Source: an uncultured Ruminococcus sp. (GTDB lineage Bacteria > Bacillota > Clostridia > Oscillospirales > Ruminococcaceae). From it: a stretch of DNA of 64,000 nucleotides. The stretch covers positions 32,543 through 96,542 of the forward strand of contig CAMWYX010000002.1 in assembly GCA_947178575.1 (NCBI GenBank). Reading direction: 5' to 3'. The position numbers and the translations under genes are program-made. Shown here one piece after another: positions 1 through 10,562 of this stretch (positions are counted from its first letter, which is position 1; every line of letters begins with the position of its first letter). The notes under the pieces were generated by a model. It had not been told where the DNA came from. It did no database searches and worked only from the letters and a program-made list of their open reading frames with translations.

Positions 1-127
1 CGATTATATAATCGTCAATGCTGCCCTCGAAGATGCTGTGAGCGATTTTTTCGCCGTTATACGTGCGGAACAGCTTAAAGCAGATGCAAGGGAAAAATTT
101 ATAGATGAGGTGATTGAAAATGCTTAG
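1..127 (+). CDS. gmk: guanylate kinase, 3' end (partial; starts upstream of window)
   Basis: The frame starting at nt 2 reads DYIIVNAALEDAVSDFFAVIRAEQLKADAREKFIDEVIENA and stops at TAG 125-127. The gmk-rpoZ adjacency is the usual Firmicute order. Confidence 0.5.
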   Translation, partial: DYIIVNAALEDAVSDFFAVIRAEQLKADAREKFIDEVIENA

Positions 128-323
128 ACCGGCTGTAAATCAGATTATTTCAAAAAATGAGAGCTGTTATTCGCTCGTTATCGCTGTCGCAAAACGTGCA
201 AGGGAAATCTCAGATGAGCTTTGCAAAAATGAGATGACCCTCGAGGAAAAACCGGTAAAAACAGCTGTTGAGGAACTCGCAAGCGGAAAGTGCAAGATAG
301 TCAGCACCTTGAATGAGGAATAA
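120..323 (+). CDS. rpoZ: DNA-directed RNA polymerase subunit omega
   Basis: The ORF 114-323 translation (NESCYSLVIAVAKRAREI) is omega-like. GAGGTG at 107-112 favours ATG 120 over TTG 114. Confidence 0.85.
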   Translation: MLRPAVNQIISKNESCYSLVIAVAKRAREISDELCKNEMTLEEKPVKTAVEELASGKCKIVSTLNEE

Positions 324-2761
324 TGCCTGAAATAGCCGAAATAGCAGTCAGCGGAACGGCATATTCCTTTGATATGCTTTTCAGCTACATTATACCGCAG
401 GGTATGAACATCAGAAAAGGGTGCAGAGTTCTTGTCCCTTTCGGACGAGGAAACAGGCGAAGAACAGGTATTGTTATGGACTTCGGAAGCTCCGGCGTAA
501 ATCTGAAGCCCATAGCTGTACAGATAGATTCCGAACCGGTATTATCGGAGGAAATGCTGAATCTTGTATATTATCTTCACGATTATACGTTCTGCACTTA
601 TTATGATGCTGTGAAAGCTATGCTTCCGCCGGCTATGGGCATTAAATCAAAGGAATTTTTCCGGCTTTCCGAAAAGTCTCCGTCAGCTGAACTTTCTGTA
701 AAGGCAACTGAACTTCTTGAGCAGATAAGGTGTGCTGATAACAGCAGTATTCTTACGGAAATAATTGAAAATTATATGGCATCTGACGGGCGGACTGCTG
801 TTGACGAACTTATTGAAGCTGATGTCCTTGAATCCGAAAACAATTTCCGGCAGAATGTAAGTAATGCATCTGTACGTATGATTCGTCTGAGTAATGCGTA
901 TTTAAGCGGAAATGCCGGCTTTTCCCTTACTCCGAAACAGAAAAAGGCAGCGGGATTTCTTGCAGAATGCGGTTCTGTTTCCGTCAAGGAAACTGCATAT
1001 ATGTGCGGTTGTACGGAATCCGTTTTAAAACGTCTTGTGTCTTCGGGAGCGGCTGAAATATTTGATATGGAAGTTCTGAGAAGTGCAGACGAATTTCCGG
1101 CAGAAAAAATCGACCCTGATTCCGTGATACTTTCGGACGAACAGCAGAAAGTTCATGACAGAATACTTTCGCAGATTGAAAAAAAAGAACCGGCTGTATT
1201 TCTTCTGCATGGAGTAACCGGAAGCGGAAAAACATCTGTTTTTGAAAAGCTGATATATAATACCATCGGTTCGGGCAGGAGAGCAGTTCTGCTTATTCCG
1301 GAAATTGCCCTTACACCGCAGGTTGTACGGCGTTTCCGTTCGCTTTTCGGAGAACGCATTGCGGTTATTCACAGCGGTCTTTCACTCGGACAGCGTCTTG
1401 ACGAATATAAGAGGATAAAACGGGGAGATGCGGATATTATAATAGGTACAAGGAGTGCGGTTTTCGCTCCCGTGGAAAATATCGGTCTTATTATAATAGA
1501 CGAGGAGGGCGAACGTTCCTACAAATCCGAAAGTTCACCACGTTATTATGCTCATGATATTGCGAAAAAAAGATGTGCATATCATGGTGCAGTTCTGCTT
1601 CTTGCCTCGGCGACCCCTTCTGTTGAGAGCTTCTACATGGCAGAAAAGGGAGTATATAATCTTCTTGAATTAAAAAAGAGGTATAATGATACTCCGTTGC
1701 CGGAAGTTTCCGTTGTCGATATGAATACGGAGAGAATGAACGGCAACACCTCAGAATTCAGCGGAAAACTGGCTTATGAAGTCAACGAGAATCTCAGACA
1801 CGGCGAGCAGAGTATACTTCTGCTTAACCGCCGTGGATTTCATACTATAATAAGCTGTTCGGATTGTTTTCAGCCGGTTTATTGTCCTAACTGTTCAGTT
1901 CCGATGACATTCCACAAAAAAAACGGTATGCTGATGTGTCATTACTGCGGATTTTCACGTGAACCCGTATCGGTATGTCCTGCGTGCGGTTCGGAACGTC
2001 TGAAAAGCATGGGATTCGGTACTCAGCGTCTTGAAGATGAACTTGGCAGATTATTTCCCGATGCACGTATCCTCCGAATGGACGCAGATACGACTTTTTC
2101 ACGGTATTCCTACGAAAAAGGGTTTTCTGCATTCAGAGACGGCGAGTATGATATAATGGTCGGTACACAGATGATAGGCAAGGGACTGGATTTCCCGAAT
2201 GTCACGCTGGTGGGCGTGATGTCGGTAGATAAATCGCTGTATTCCGGAGATTTCCGCAGCTATGAACGTACATTCTCGCTGATTACACAGGTAGTCGGAC
2301 GGGGAGGACGAGGAAACCGCAGAGGACGTGCGGTTCTTCAGACATTTATGCCGGAGCATTATGTGATGAATCTTGCCGCATTGCAGGATTATGACGGTTT
2401 CTACAATGAGGAAATCGCAATGAGACGTGCAATGATTTATCCTCCGCTCTGTGAGATGTGCGTGTTCTGCTTTTCCGGAGTTGATGAGGATAATGTAAAA
2501 TCGGGTGCGGAATCTGTTATCAGATTGATGAGCAGTCGGCTTAAAGAAATACAGCCTAAAACACCGGTTCGTGTTCTTGGACCTGTAAAAGCCACATACG
2601 GCAGACTTAACGGAAAATACCGCTACAGAATAATTATGAAATGTAAAAATACTCCGGAAATTCGGAATTTTATCAGCAATGTACTAAAAGAGGGTGCACG
2701 GCTGAAAGAAATGAAAAAAGTTGCCTTTTACGCCGATATGAACGGCGATACAGGCGTTTAA
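323..2761 (+). CDS. priA: primosomal protein N' (replication restart helicase PriA)
   Basis: 812 aa. Walker A GVTGSGKT, DEEGE (DExx) box, and a Cys-rich zinc-binding insert (CSDC..CPNC..CHYC..CPAC). The start overlaps the rpoZ stop (TAATG). Confidence 0.95.
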   Translation: MPEIAEIAVSGTAYSFDMLFSYIIPQGMNIRKGCRVLVPFGRGNRRRTGIVMDFGSSGVNLKPIAVQIDSEPVLSEEMLNLVYYLHDYTFCTYYDAVKAMLPPAMGIKSKEFFRLSEKSPSAELSVKATELLEQIRCADNSSILTEIIENYMASDGRTAVDELIEADVLESENNFRQNVSNASVRMIRLSNAYLSGNAGFSLTPKQKKAAGFLAECGSVSVKETAYMCGCTESVLKRLVSSGAAEIFDMEVLRSADEFPAEKIDPDSVILSDEQQKVHDRILSQIEKKEPAVFLLHGVTGSGKTSVFEKLIYNTIGSGRRAVLLIPEIALTPQVVRRFRSLFGERIAVIHSGLSLGQRLDEYKRIKRGDADIIIGTRSAVFAPVENIGLIIIDEEGERSYKSESSPRYYAHDIAKKRCAYHGAVLLLASATPSVESFYMAEKGVYNLLELKKRYNDTPLPEVSVVDMNTERMNGNTSEFSGKLAYEVNENLRHGEQSILLLNRRGFHTIISCSDCFQPVYCPNCSVPMTFHKKNGMLMCHYCGFSREPVSVCPACGSERLKSMGFGTQRLEDELGRLFPDARILRMDADTTFSRYSYEKGFSAFRDGEYDIMVGTQMIGKGLDFPNVTLVGVMSVDKSLYSGDFRSYERTFSLITQVVGRGGRGNRRGRAVLQTFMPEHYVMNLAALQDYDGFYNEEIAMRRAMIYPPLCEMCVFCFSGVDEDNVKSGAESVIRLMSSRLKEIQPKTPVRVLGPVKATYGRLNGKYRYRIIMKCKNTPEIRNFISNVLKEGARLKEMKKVAFYADMNGDTGV

Positions 2762-2776
2762 AAAGGATTGGTAAAA

Positions 2777-3238
2777 ATGGCACTGAGAAAAATTTTAACT
2801 GATAAAGATGAATCTCTGCATAAGGTTTGCAGACCAGTAGAAAAATTTGACAGAAAACTCGCTGTACTTCTGGACGATATGCACGAAACACTCGAAAAAG
2901 CACAGGGAGTAGGACTTGCCGCTCCTCAGGTCGGAATATGCCGGAGAATATTTATCATGCATCTTGAAGATGATATTGTTGAGGCTATAAATCCCGAAAT
3001 TATAGTGAAATCCGGCAGACAGAGAGTTCAGGAAGGCTGTCTGTCATGCCCGAATATCTGGGGATATGTTGTGCGTCCTATGAAAGTCGTCCTGAAAGCT
3101 CAGGACCGTCACGGAAACTGGTACGAACGTGAATTTACAGAACTCGGCGCACAGTGTGCAAGTCACGAGAACGACCATCTTGACGGTCATGTCTTTACCG
3201 AAATAGTTGACGAATTTTTTGTTCCCGAGGAGGAGTAG
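2777..3238 (+). CDS. def: peptide deformylase
   Basis: Motifs GVGLAAPQ, EGCLS and HENDHLDG. I prefer ATG 2777 to the TTG at 2768. Confidence 0.93.
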   Translation: MALRKILTDKDESLHKVCRPVEKFDRKLAVLLDDMHETLEKAQGVGLAAPQVGICRRIFIMHLEDDIVEAINPEIIVKSGRQRVQEGCLSCPNIWGYVVRPMKVVLKAQDRHGNWYEREFTELGAQCASHENDHLDGHVFTEIVDEFFVPEEE

Positions 3239-3239
3239 A

Positions 3240-4163
3240 ATGAGGATAGTTTTTATGGGAACTCCTGATTTTGCAGTTCCTTGTCTGCGGAAACTGGCAG
3301 AATCCGAACACAATACCGTGGCAGTTTTCACACAGCCTGACAAGCCGAAAGGCCGTGGATATAAGATGATTCCTACGCCTGTAAAGACTGTGGCGATTGA
3401 ATATAATATTCCGGTTTATCAGCCTCTTTCGCTCAGAAAGGGCGATGATGCCGAGGAAAGCATGAGGATTCTCCGTGATATTGCTCCCGATTTGATTGTC
3501 GTTACGGCATACGGACAGATTCTTCCGGAGGAAATCCTGAAGCTTCCGAAATATGGCTGTATTAATATTCATGCTTCACTTCTTCCGAAATACCGTGGAG
3601 CTGCACCGATTAACTGGGTTCTTCTCAACGGTGAGAAAATCACCGGAGTAACATCAATGCAGATGAACAAGGGGCTTGATACAGGCGATATGCTCATAAA
3701 AAGAACTGTGGAAATAGGCGAAAATGAGACATATTCACAGCTGTACAGCCGTTTGTCCGAAATCGGCGGAGAAGTTCTTATGGAAACAGTTTCGGGAATT
3801 TTGGCAGGAACGATTATTCCGGAAAAACAGGACGATTCGCTCAGCTGTTATTCTCCAATGATAAAAAAAGAAATGAGTGCACTTGATTTCACAAAGCCGG
3901 TTCGGGAAATCCATAACACAATCAGAGGAGTTACCGGATTTACAGCACTCGGCGGAAAACGTCTCAAAGTGTTTGAGTCGGAAATAGCTCACGATATTTC
4001 TGCCGGTGTTGCCGGAACTGTCGCAGATACCGGAAAATTTGCGGTAAGCTGTGGCGATGGAGTTATAATATTTAAAGAGGTTCAGATTGAGGGCGGAAAA
4101 CGTATGAAAACAGCTGATTTCCTGCGAGGGAAAAAGCTGGTTAAGGGCGAAAAGCTCGGCTGA
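3240..4163 (+). CDS. fmt: methionyl-tRNA formyltransferase
   Basis: MRIVFMGTPDFAV N-terminus and HASLLPKYRGAAPI motif. GGAGGAG RBS lies just upstream of ATG 3240. Confidence 0.93.
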   Translation: MRIVFMGTPDFAVPCLRKLAESEHNTVAVFTQPDKPKGRGYKMIPTPVKTVAIEYNIPVYQPLSLRKGDDAEESMRILRDIAPDLIVVTAYGQILPEEILKLPKYGCINIHASLLPKYRGAAPINWVLLNGEKITGVTSMQMNKGLDTGDMLIKRTVEIGENETYSQLYSRLSEIGGEVLMETVSGILAGTIIPEKQDDSLSCYSPMIKKEMSALDFTKPVREIHNTIRGVTGFTALGGKRLKVFESEIAHDISAGVAGTVADTGKFAVSCGDGVIIFKEVQIEGGKRMKTADFLRGKKLVKGEKLG

Positions 4164-4178
4164 GGAGGAATCTGAAAA

Positions 4179-5483
4179 ATGACAAATCCCCGTTATCTTG
4201 CCGCACAGCTTCTTGACAAGACGTTTACAAGCGGAAGTTATTCCAATATTCAGCTCAACAGCGGACTTGAAAAATCAGACCTTGATTTTCAGGGAAAAAA
4301 GCTCTGTACGGCTTTGTATTACGGAGTTATCCGCCGCAGGATTACCATTGATTATATTTTAAAACAATATTGTTCACGTCCGCTTGAAAAAATGGACAGT
4401 ATAATCGTGACTATATTGAGATGCGGAATTTATCAGATTCTTTATATGGACGGAATCCCCGACAATGCGTCAGTTAATGAAAGCGTTTCCCTTGCGAAAC
4501 AGTTCCGGAAAACAAGTGCATCAGGAATGATTAATGCGGTTCTGAGAAATTTCATAAGAAACGGTAAAAAATTTGTATGCAGTCTGAACGGTGTTGATGA
4601 ATTGTCTGTGAAGTATTCAGTTCCTGTCCCGCTTATCGAAAGTCTTTCCTCTGATTACGGCATGGAGACAGCTTCTCTTTTCTGCGAATACAGCATTGAG
4701 TCCGATGAATGTGTATTTATCCGCCGGAATCCCCTTAAATGTACTCATGACGAACTTGTAAAATCACTGGACGGAATTAATCTTCATACAGATGACGAGC
4801 TGTGCTACAGCTTCACGCACGGGGATATAATCAATACAAATGCTTTTAAATCCGGATTTTTCCATGTTCAGGGACTTGCATCGCAGATATGCTGTGAGGT
4901 GCTTAATCCCGATGAAAATGACAGGGTGCTTGATATATGTTCCGCTCCGGGCGGAAAAACGTTCACAATGGCGGAAATGATGAACGGTGGCGGAGAAATT
5001 AACGCATTTGACCTGCATGAAAAGCGTGTCAGACTTATCCGCAACGGTGCGGAACGTCTCGGACTTTCAAATATTACCGCAAAAACAGGTGACGGAACTG
5101 TTTTCAATCCGGAACTTCCAAAGTATACTAAAATTCTCTGTGATGTTCCGTGTTCCGGTTTCGGAGTAATCCGGAGCAAGCCGGAAATCAGATACAGAGA
5201 TATTCGGGATTTTGCAAATCTTCCTGAAATTCAGTACAGAATTGCAGAGAATGCACTGAAATATCTTTCCGCAGGCGGTGAAATGGTATATTCCACCTGT
5301 ACCGTCCGAAAAGCTGAAAATGATGATGTTGTTTCACGGCTTCTTGCAAATCACCCTGAAATAACTCTTGCCGAAATTCCGGAGATTCACGGGCACAGAT
5401 TTGATAATCCTGTGACGCTGTTTCCGTTTATGATAGAAAATTGTAGCGGATTCTTTATTGCCAAATTTAAGAAACTATATTGA
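4179..5483 (+). CDS. rsmB: 16S rRNA (cytosine967-C5)-methyltransferase RsmB/Sun
   Basis: NusB-like N-terminal domain plus SAM methyltransferase motifs (DICSAPGGKT, DVPCSG, YSTCT). Conserved def-fmt-rsmB order. Confidence 0.9.
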   Translation: MTNPRYLAAQLLDKTFTSGSYSNIQLNSGLEKSDLDFQGKKLCTALYYGVIRRRITIDYILKQYCSRPLEKMDSIIVTILRCGIYQILYMDGIPDNASVNESVSLAKQFRKTSASGMINAVLRNFIRNGKKFVCSLNGVDELSVKYSVPVPLIESLSSDYGMETASLFCEYSIESDECVFIRRNPLKCTHDELVKSLDGINLHTDDELCYSFTHGDIINTNAFKSGFFHVQGLASQICCEVLNPDENDRVLDICSAPGGKTFTMAEMMNGGGEINAFDLHEKRVRLIRNGAERLGLSNITAKTGDGTVFNPELPKYTKILCDVPCSGFGVIRSKPEIRYRDIRDFANLPEIQYRIAENALKYLSAGGEMVYSTCTVRKAENDDVVSRLLANHPEITLAEIPEIHGHRFDNPVTLFPFMIENCSGFFIAKFKKLY

Positions 5484-5498
5484 CAAAGGCGGTGAGCC

Positions 5499-6554
5499 GT
5501 GGATAAAATTGATATTCTTAGTCTTGATATAGATGAACTTCAGGAGATTATTGCCGGAATGGGCGAGAAAAAATTTCGGGCAAAGCAGATTTTTCAGTGG
5601 ATTCATGTGAAAAGAGTCTTTGATTTCGATAAAATGACTGATATTTCTGCCCAATTGAGAACCCGTCTGAAAGAAAAATTTTGTGTAAAAGGACTATTTG
5701 TTCAGAAAAGACTTGAATCTTGTATGGATAATACTGTAAAATATCTATATGGACTTTACGACGGAAATTTTGTGGAAACTGTTCTCATGGAATACAGTTA
5801 CGGCTATAGTCTTTGTATTTCTACTCAGGTAGGGTGCAGAATGGGCTGTCAGTTCTGTGCTTCGGCAATTGCAGGATTCGTCAGAAATCTTGAACCGTCC
5901 GAAATGCTTATGCAGATTTACGAGACAGAAAAAAATGCCGGAATCAGAATTTCCGGACTCGTACTTATGGGTATCGGCGAACCCCTTGACAATTTCGGAA
6001 ATGTGATTAAATTCCTGAATCTGCTTTCACATAAGGACGGAAATAATTTCAGTCTGCGTCATGTTTCGCTTTCCACCTGCGGAATCGTTCCTAAAATTTA
6101 CGAGCTTGCAGAACTTAAATTACAGCTTACGCTCTGCATATCGCTCCATAGTCCGGAAAATTCCGAAAGAAGCGAAATAATGCCCGTGAACCGTGCGTAT
6201 AATCTTCAGGAACTGATTAAAGCCTGCCGGTACTATATCACAAAAACAGGACGGCGTATAACTTTTGAATATGCGGTCATTGATAAAGTAAATTCATCAG
6301 ATAAAGATGCAGACAGGCTTTCCGACCTGATTCGTGGAATAAACTGTCATGTTAATCTTATTCCGGTGAATAAGGTCAAAGAACGTAATTATACTACTGC
6401 CGGAAACGCTGTCGCAGATTTTGCGGAGCGTCTCCGTAAACGTGGAATAAATGCAACCGTGAGACGTACTCTCGGAAGCGACATAGAAGCGGCGTGCGGT
6501 CAGCTCAGACGTGATGCCGCCGGTAATGACATGATTGGAGGTGCAGATACATGA
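5499..6554 (+). CDS. rlmN: 23S rRNA/tRNA (adenine-C2)-methyltransferase RlmN (radical SAM)
   Basis: CRMGCQFC radical-SAM motif and a C-terminal GSDIEAACGQL motif. GTG start. Confidence 0.92.
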   Translation: MDKIDILSLDIDELQEIIAGMGEKKFRAKQIFQWIHVKRVFDFDKMTDISAQLRTRLKEKFCVKGLFVQKRLESCMDNTVKYLYGLYDGNFVETVLMEYSYGYSLCISTQVGCRMGCQFCASAIAGFVRNLEPSEMLMQIYETEKNAGIRISGLVLMGIGEPLDNFGNVIKFLNLLSHKDGNNFSLRHVSLSTCGIVPKIYELAELKLQLTLCISLHSPENSERSEIMPVNRAYNLQELIKACRYYITKTGRRITFEYAVIDKVNSSDKDADRLSDLIRGINCHVNLIPVNKVKERNYTTAGNAVADFAERLRKRGINATVRRTLGSDIEAACGQLRRDAAGNDMIGGADT

Positions 6555-7291
6555 AATTCAAATTCGGAACGGATATAGGACTGAAGCGTGAGGAAAATCA
6601 GGACGCTGTACGCTGTGAGTATTACGGGGATAATGTTCTTGCTGTAGTATGCGACGGAATGGGCGGAGAACGTGCCGGAAAAGAAGCCAGCAGTATCGCT
6701 ATTGATGAATTCTTTCAGCGTTTTTCCCACGGGTATAATGATGACCTCGATGACGACGGCATACGCAAACTTCTTATTTCATCTGTTTCGGCAGCAAATT
6801 CGGTTATATACACAAGGGCAAGGCTCGATTTCAAAAATTTCGGAATGGGTACTACCTGCGTTGCGGCATTTGTGACCAATAATACGGTATATATAGCAAA
6901 TGTCGGGGACAGCCGTGCTTATCTCATAACAGACGACGGTCTGTGCAGAATAACAACCGACCATAATGTTGCCGAACTCCTCTACGAACGTGGAGAAATA
7001 ACCGCAGATGAAAGAGATACACACCCTCAGCGTCATATGCTTATACGTGCTGTGGGTGTTGACAAGACAGTTCTGACAGATACGTTCACACTGACATACG
7101 AGAACAAAATAAGTCTGTTGCTGTGTTCCGACGGATTATCGGGATACTGCACTGACAATGAAATATATGACGTAATATCCCGAACCGTTTTTGAAGAACA
7201 GGTTAATAGTCTGATTCAGCTTGCACTCGATAAAGGCGGACGGGATAATGTGACAGTAGCGGTGGTTTGTGACTTAAATGAAATGACATAA
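6551..7291 (+). CDS. stp: PP2C-family Ser/Thr protein phosphatase
   Basis: Motifs CDGMGG, NVGDSRAY, CSDGL and GGRDNVT. ATGA overlap with rlmN. Confidence 0.92.
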   Translation: MKFKFGTDIGLKREENQDAVRCEYYGDNVLAVVCDGMGGERAGKEASSIAIDEFFQRFSHGYNDDLDDDGIRKLLISSVSAANSVIYTRARLDFKNFGMGTTCVAAFVTNNTVYIANVGDSRAYLITDDGLCRITTDHNVAELLYERGEITADERDTHPQRHMLIRAVGVDKTVLTDTFTLTYENKISLLLCSDGLSGYCTDNEIYDVISRTVFEEQVNSLIQLALDKGGRDNVTVAVVCDLNEMT

Positions 7292-7326
7292 TAAAAAAAA
7301 TATTTGTGTAAAGGAAGGGTAAGGCA

Positions 7327-9684
7327 ATGGAAAAGTACATCGGTAAAAAGCTCGACGGCAGATATGAGATTACTGAGCTTATAGGCGTCGGCGGAATGGC
7401 TGAAGTCTATAAGGGCGTTGATGTAATCGATAACAAGCCGGTCGCAATCAAGGTTCTTAAAAAGGAGTATGCGGAAAATGAGGAGTTCCTCCGTCGTTTC
7501 CGCAACGAATCAAAGGCAATTGCGGTTCTTTCACACCCGAATATTGTCAAAATCTATGATGTCGGTTTCTCTGAAAAGCTCCAGTATATAGTCATGGAGT
7601 ACGTCGACGGAATAACTCTCAAGGAGTATATCGAAGATGAGAAAGTGATTTCCTGGAAAGAGACAGTTCATTTCGTTATCCAGATACTGCGTGCACTTCA
7701 GCACGCCCACGATAAGGGAATCGTGCATCGTGACATTAAACCCCAGAATATTATGATGTTCGATGACGGAACTATCAAAGTCATGGATTTCGGAATAGCA
7801 AAATTCGCCAGTGAAGAAGGCAAGACGGCTACAGACCAGGCTATCGGAAGCGTTCATTATATCAGTCCGGAACAGGCAAGCGGTTCGGTTACCGATGCAA
7901 AGAGCGATATTTATTCCGTCGGTGCAATGATGTACGAAATGCTAACAGGAAGAAAACCCTTTGACAGTGATAATCCAGTTGCTATTGCCGTCATGCATAT
8001 GCATGATATTCCTGAACGTCCGAGGGCAATAAATCCGAATATTGCCGACGGTCTTGAGGAAATAGTCCTTAAAGCTATGGAAAAAGCTCCTGATGACAGA
8101 TACCGCTCAACAGGTGCGATGATTGCGGATATTGAAAAATTCAAGGCAAATCCAAGGATTCATTTCGGATACTACCTTGAGGAAGGCGCAGATGATAATA
8201 TGAGTGAATATAACAGAAATGATGAAACACGACAGGACGAACAAGCTCCGGCACGCAGAAACGCCTATAACGGAAATGACAGGCGTTATCAGCAGAACTC
8301 CCCATACGGAAATGTTGATGATTATTATGACGATTATGACGACGAAGAGGAAGAGGAAGAAGAAGAACGTTCATCGCTTGTTGTTCCGATACTTACAGCA
8401 GTTATCGTAGTTGTCATTATTGTGGGCGTTATTGTGATTTCGCTCATGTTCGGCGATTTGTTGAAAGATACATCACAGAAGAACGACTGGAAGATGCCGG
8501 AAGTTATCGGTATGGACTTCAACGATGCCGTAAATATGTACGGAAACAATATACAGTTCCAGGAGGACGGTCAGGAATTTGACGAGGCTGAACCCGGTAT
8601 TATCATTGAACAGGATATTGCAGCCGGTTCTGAATTCAAGAAAGGTGCAGTTCTTAAAGTCAAGATTAGTAAGGGTATGGAAACAGAAGAAGTTCCGGAC
8701 GTTACAAACAAGAACGCCGAACTTGCAAAGGATATGCTTACACAGCTCGGATTTGAATGCGAAATCAAGGATTCTTCAAGTACAGAAATCCCGAAAGGAT
8801 ATGTTATCAAGACTGAGCCGGAGGCAGGAGAACAGGCACATAAAAACTCTACAATTATACTCTATGTAAGTCTCGGCGAAGAGGCAGGACAGGTCAAGGT
8901 CGATGACTGGGTAGGCAGAACTGTTGATGATGCCGCTATGCTCGCTGATTATAAGGGACTCAAAGTCGTAACAAAGGACGTTGCTTCATACGAAGAAGAA
9001 GGATTGGTTGTAAATCAGTCTATCGAACCAAATTCAAAGGTTGAAAAGGGTACTGAAATTGTTCTTGAATACAGTAACGGCAAGACTCCGGACGGCGTTA
9101 TTCCGTTTACATTTGATTTCCCGATAGAGGCTGACGGACGTTTCGTTATTGCGTTTATGGTTCAGAAAGAGGACGGTACTGTTGATACTCAGGAAACAGG
9201 TGTGTTCTATTGTCCCGAATCTGCACAGATGAACTGGGACGTTATCGGTACAGGCGAAGATGTAAAGGTATCTGTTATCCTTACAAATCTTAATTCGTCA
9301 AAGAAGACAACTATAGGTACGTACAGCTTCAATTTTGCTGAGGGTACAACAACTTGTCTCACAGGAGGCGACATCAACAGTGCATTTGAGCAGGCAGGCG
9401 GATTCCCTGAGCCTGAAACAAATCCGCCGGCACAGGAACAGCAGGATTCCAATAACTCAAACAATGATAACAATAATAATTCAAACAACAATGATTCACA
9501 GCCGTCCACTGAATACGGCGTTGAACCGACAACAGCTTCAAGCGAACAGAATCAGGGCAATGGTGAGGAATACAATCCGGGAGTAAACGGAGCGTATGAC
9601 GGCAACGGAAACTGGTTCTGGTATATCCCCGGCGAAAACGGATACTGGGACGGTAACGGCAACTGGGTATGGACAATATGGTAA
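7327..9684 (+). CDS. prkC: PASTA-domain Ser/Thr protein kinase with an extra C-terminal low-complexity and aromatic-repeat tail
   Basis: Hanks kinase motifs (GVGGMAEVY, HRDIKPQN, DFGIA, SPEQ), an acidic linker, one TM segment, three PASTA-like repeats, an Ig-like region, an N/S/Q-rich stretch, and a DGNGNW[FV]W motif present twice. Confidence 0.92.
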   Translation: MEKYIGKKLDGRYEITELIGVGGMAEVYKGVDVIDNKPVAIKVLKKEYAENEEFLRRFRNESKAIAVLSHPNIVKIYDVGFSEKLQYIVMEYVDGITLKEYIEDEKVISWKETVHFVIQILRALQHAHDKGIVHRDIKPQNIMMFDDGTIKVMDFGIAKFASEEGKTATDQAIGSVHYISPEQASGSVTDAKSDIYSVGAMMYEMLTGRKPFDSDNPVAIAVMHMHDIPERPRAINPNIADGLEEIVLKAMEKAPDDRYRSTGAMIADIEKFKANPRIHFGYYLEEGADDNMSEYNRNDETRQDEQAPARRNAYNGNDRRYQQNSPYGNVDDYYDDYDDEEEEEEEERSSLVVPILTAVIVVVIIVGVIVISLMFGDLLKDTSQKNDWKMPEVIGMDFNDAVNMYGNNIQFQEDGQEFDEAEPGIIIEQDIAAGSEFKKGAVLKVKISKGMETEEVPDVTNKNAELAKDMLTQLGFECEIKDSSSTEIPKGYVIKTEPEAGEQAHKNSTIILYVSLGEEAGQVKVDDWVGRTVDDAAMLADYKGLKVVTKDVASYEEEGLVVNQSIEPNSKVEKGTEIVLEYSNGKTPDGVIPFTFDFPIEADGRFVIAFMVQKEDGTVDTQETGVFYCPESAQMNWDVIGTGEDVKVSVILTNLNSSKKTTIGTYSFNFAEGTTTCLTGGDINSAFEQAGGFPEPETNPPAQEQQDSNNSNNDNNNNSNNNDSQPSTEYGVEPTTASSEQNQGNGEEYNPGVNGAYDGNGNWFWYIPGENGYWDGNGNWVWTIW

Positions 9685-10562
9685 TATCCGCAGATAAAAA
9701 AAGCGGAATTATACTGAAATGCTTAGGGGGACTCTACACCGTAGAGTCCCCTGACGGCATATCCGAGTGTAAAGCAAGAGGAATATTCCGCAGTAAAGGT
9801 ATAAGTCCGGCAGTCGGGGACAGAGTTTCTGTTATCGGCGGTGTTATATGTGAAATCGAGGAACGCCGTAATTACCTTATCAGACCGCCTCTTGCCAATC
9901 TTGACCAGATAATTTTTATTGTATCTACGGTCAGTCCGTCCCCGAATTATCTTATTATTGATAAGTTCATAGCTATAGCCGAATATAAGAAAATCGAGCC
10001 TGTTATTATTGTTACAAAAACCGACCTCGGGAACTGCACGGAAATTTTTGAAATATATCGGAAAACAGGTATCAGGATTCTTGAAGCCGATTACAGAAAT
10101 CCGGAAACTATAGAGAACGTCCGGCAGATTCTGAGAGGGCGTATAAGTGCATTTACGGGCAATTCCGGAGCAGGAAAATCTACTCTTCTCAATGCCGTTG
10201 ACCCTAATCTTGATATTCCTACAGCGGAAATAAGCCGGAAGCTCGGCAGGGGCAGACATACAACACGCCATGCGGAACTCTATAAGCTTGACGGCGGAGG
10301 ATATATTGCCGATACGCCGGGATTTTCAACATTCGAGACCAACAGATATGATATTATACGCAAGGAGGAACTTGCCGGCTGTTTCCGTGAATTTGCAGAA
10401 TATAAAGATTCGTGCCGGTTCAGGGACTGTATGCATATATGCGAAAAGGGCTGTGCTGTTGTGGAAGCCGTAAAAAACGGAATAATTCCGGAAAAACGGC
10501 ATGAAAGTTACTGCACTATGTACGAAGAAGCCAGAAATATAAAGGAGTGGGAACTCAGATGA
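9669..10562 (+). CDS. rsgA: ribosome small-subunit-dependent GTPase A
   Basis: Circularly ordered GTPase motifs (VTKTDL then GNSGAGKST) and a C-terminal zinc cluster (CRFRDCMHICEKGC). Overlaps the prkC end by 16 nt. Confidence 0.9.
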   Translation: MDNMVISADKKSGIILKCLGGLYTVESPDGISECKARGIFRSKGISPAVGDRVSVIGGVICEIEERRNYLIRPPLANLDQIIFIVSTVSPSPNYLIIDKFIAIAEYKKIEPVIIVTKTDLGNCTEIFEIYRKTGIRILEADYRNPETIENVRQILRGRISAFTGNSGAGKSTLLNAVDPNLDIPTAEISRKLGRGRHTTRHAELYKLDGGGYIADTPGFSTFETNRYDIIRKEELAGCFREFAEYKDSCRFRDCMHICEKGCAVVEAVKNGIIPEKRHESYCTMYEEARNIKEWELR

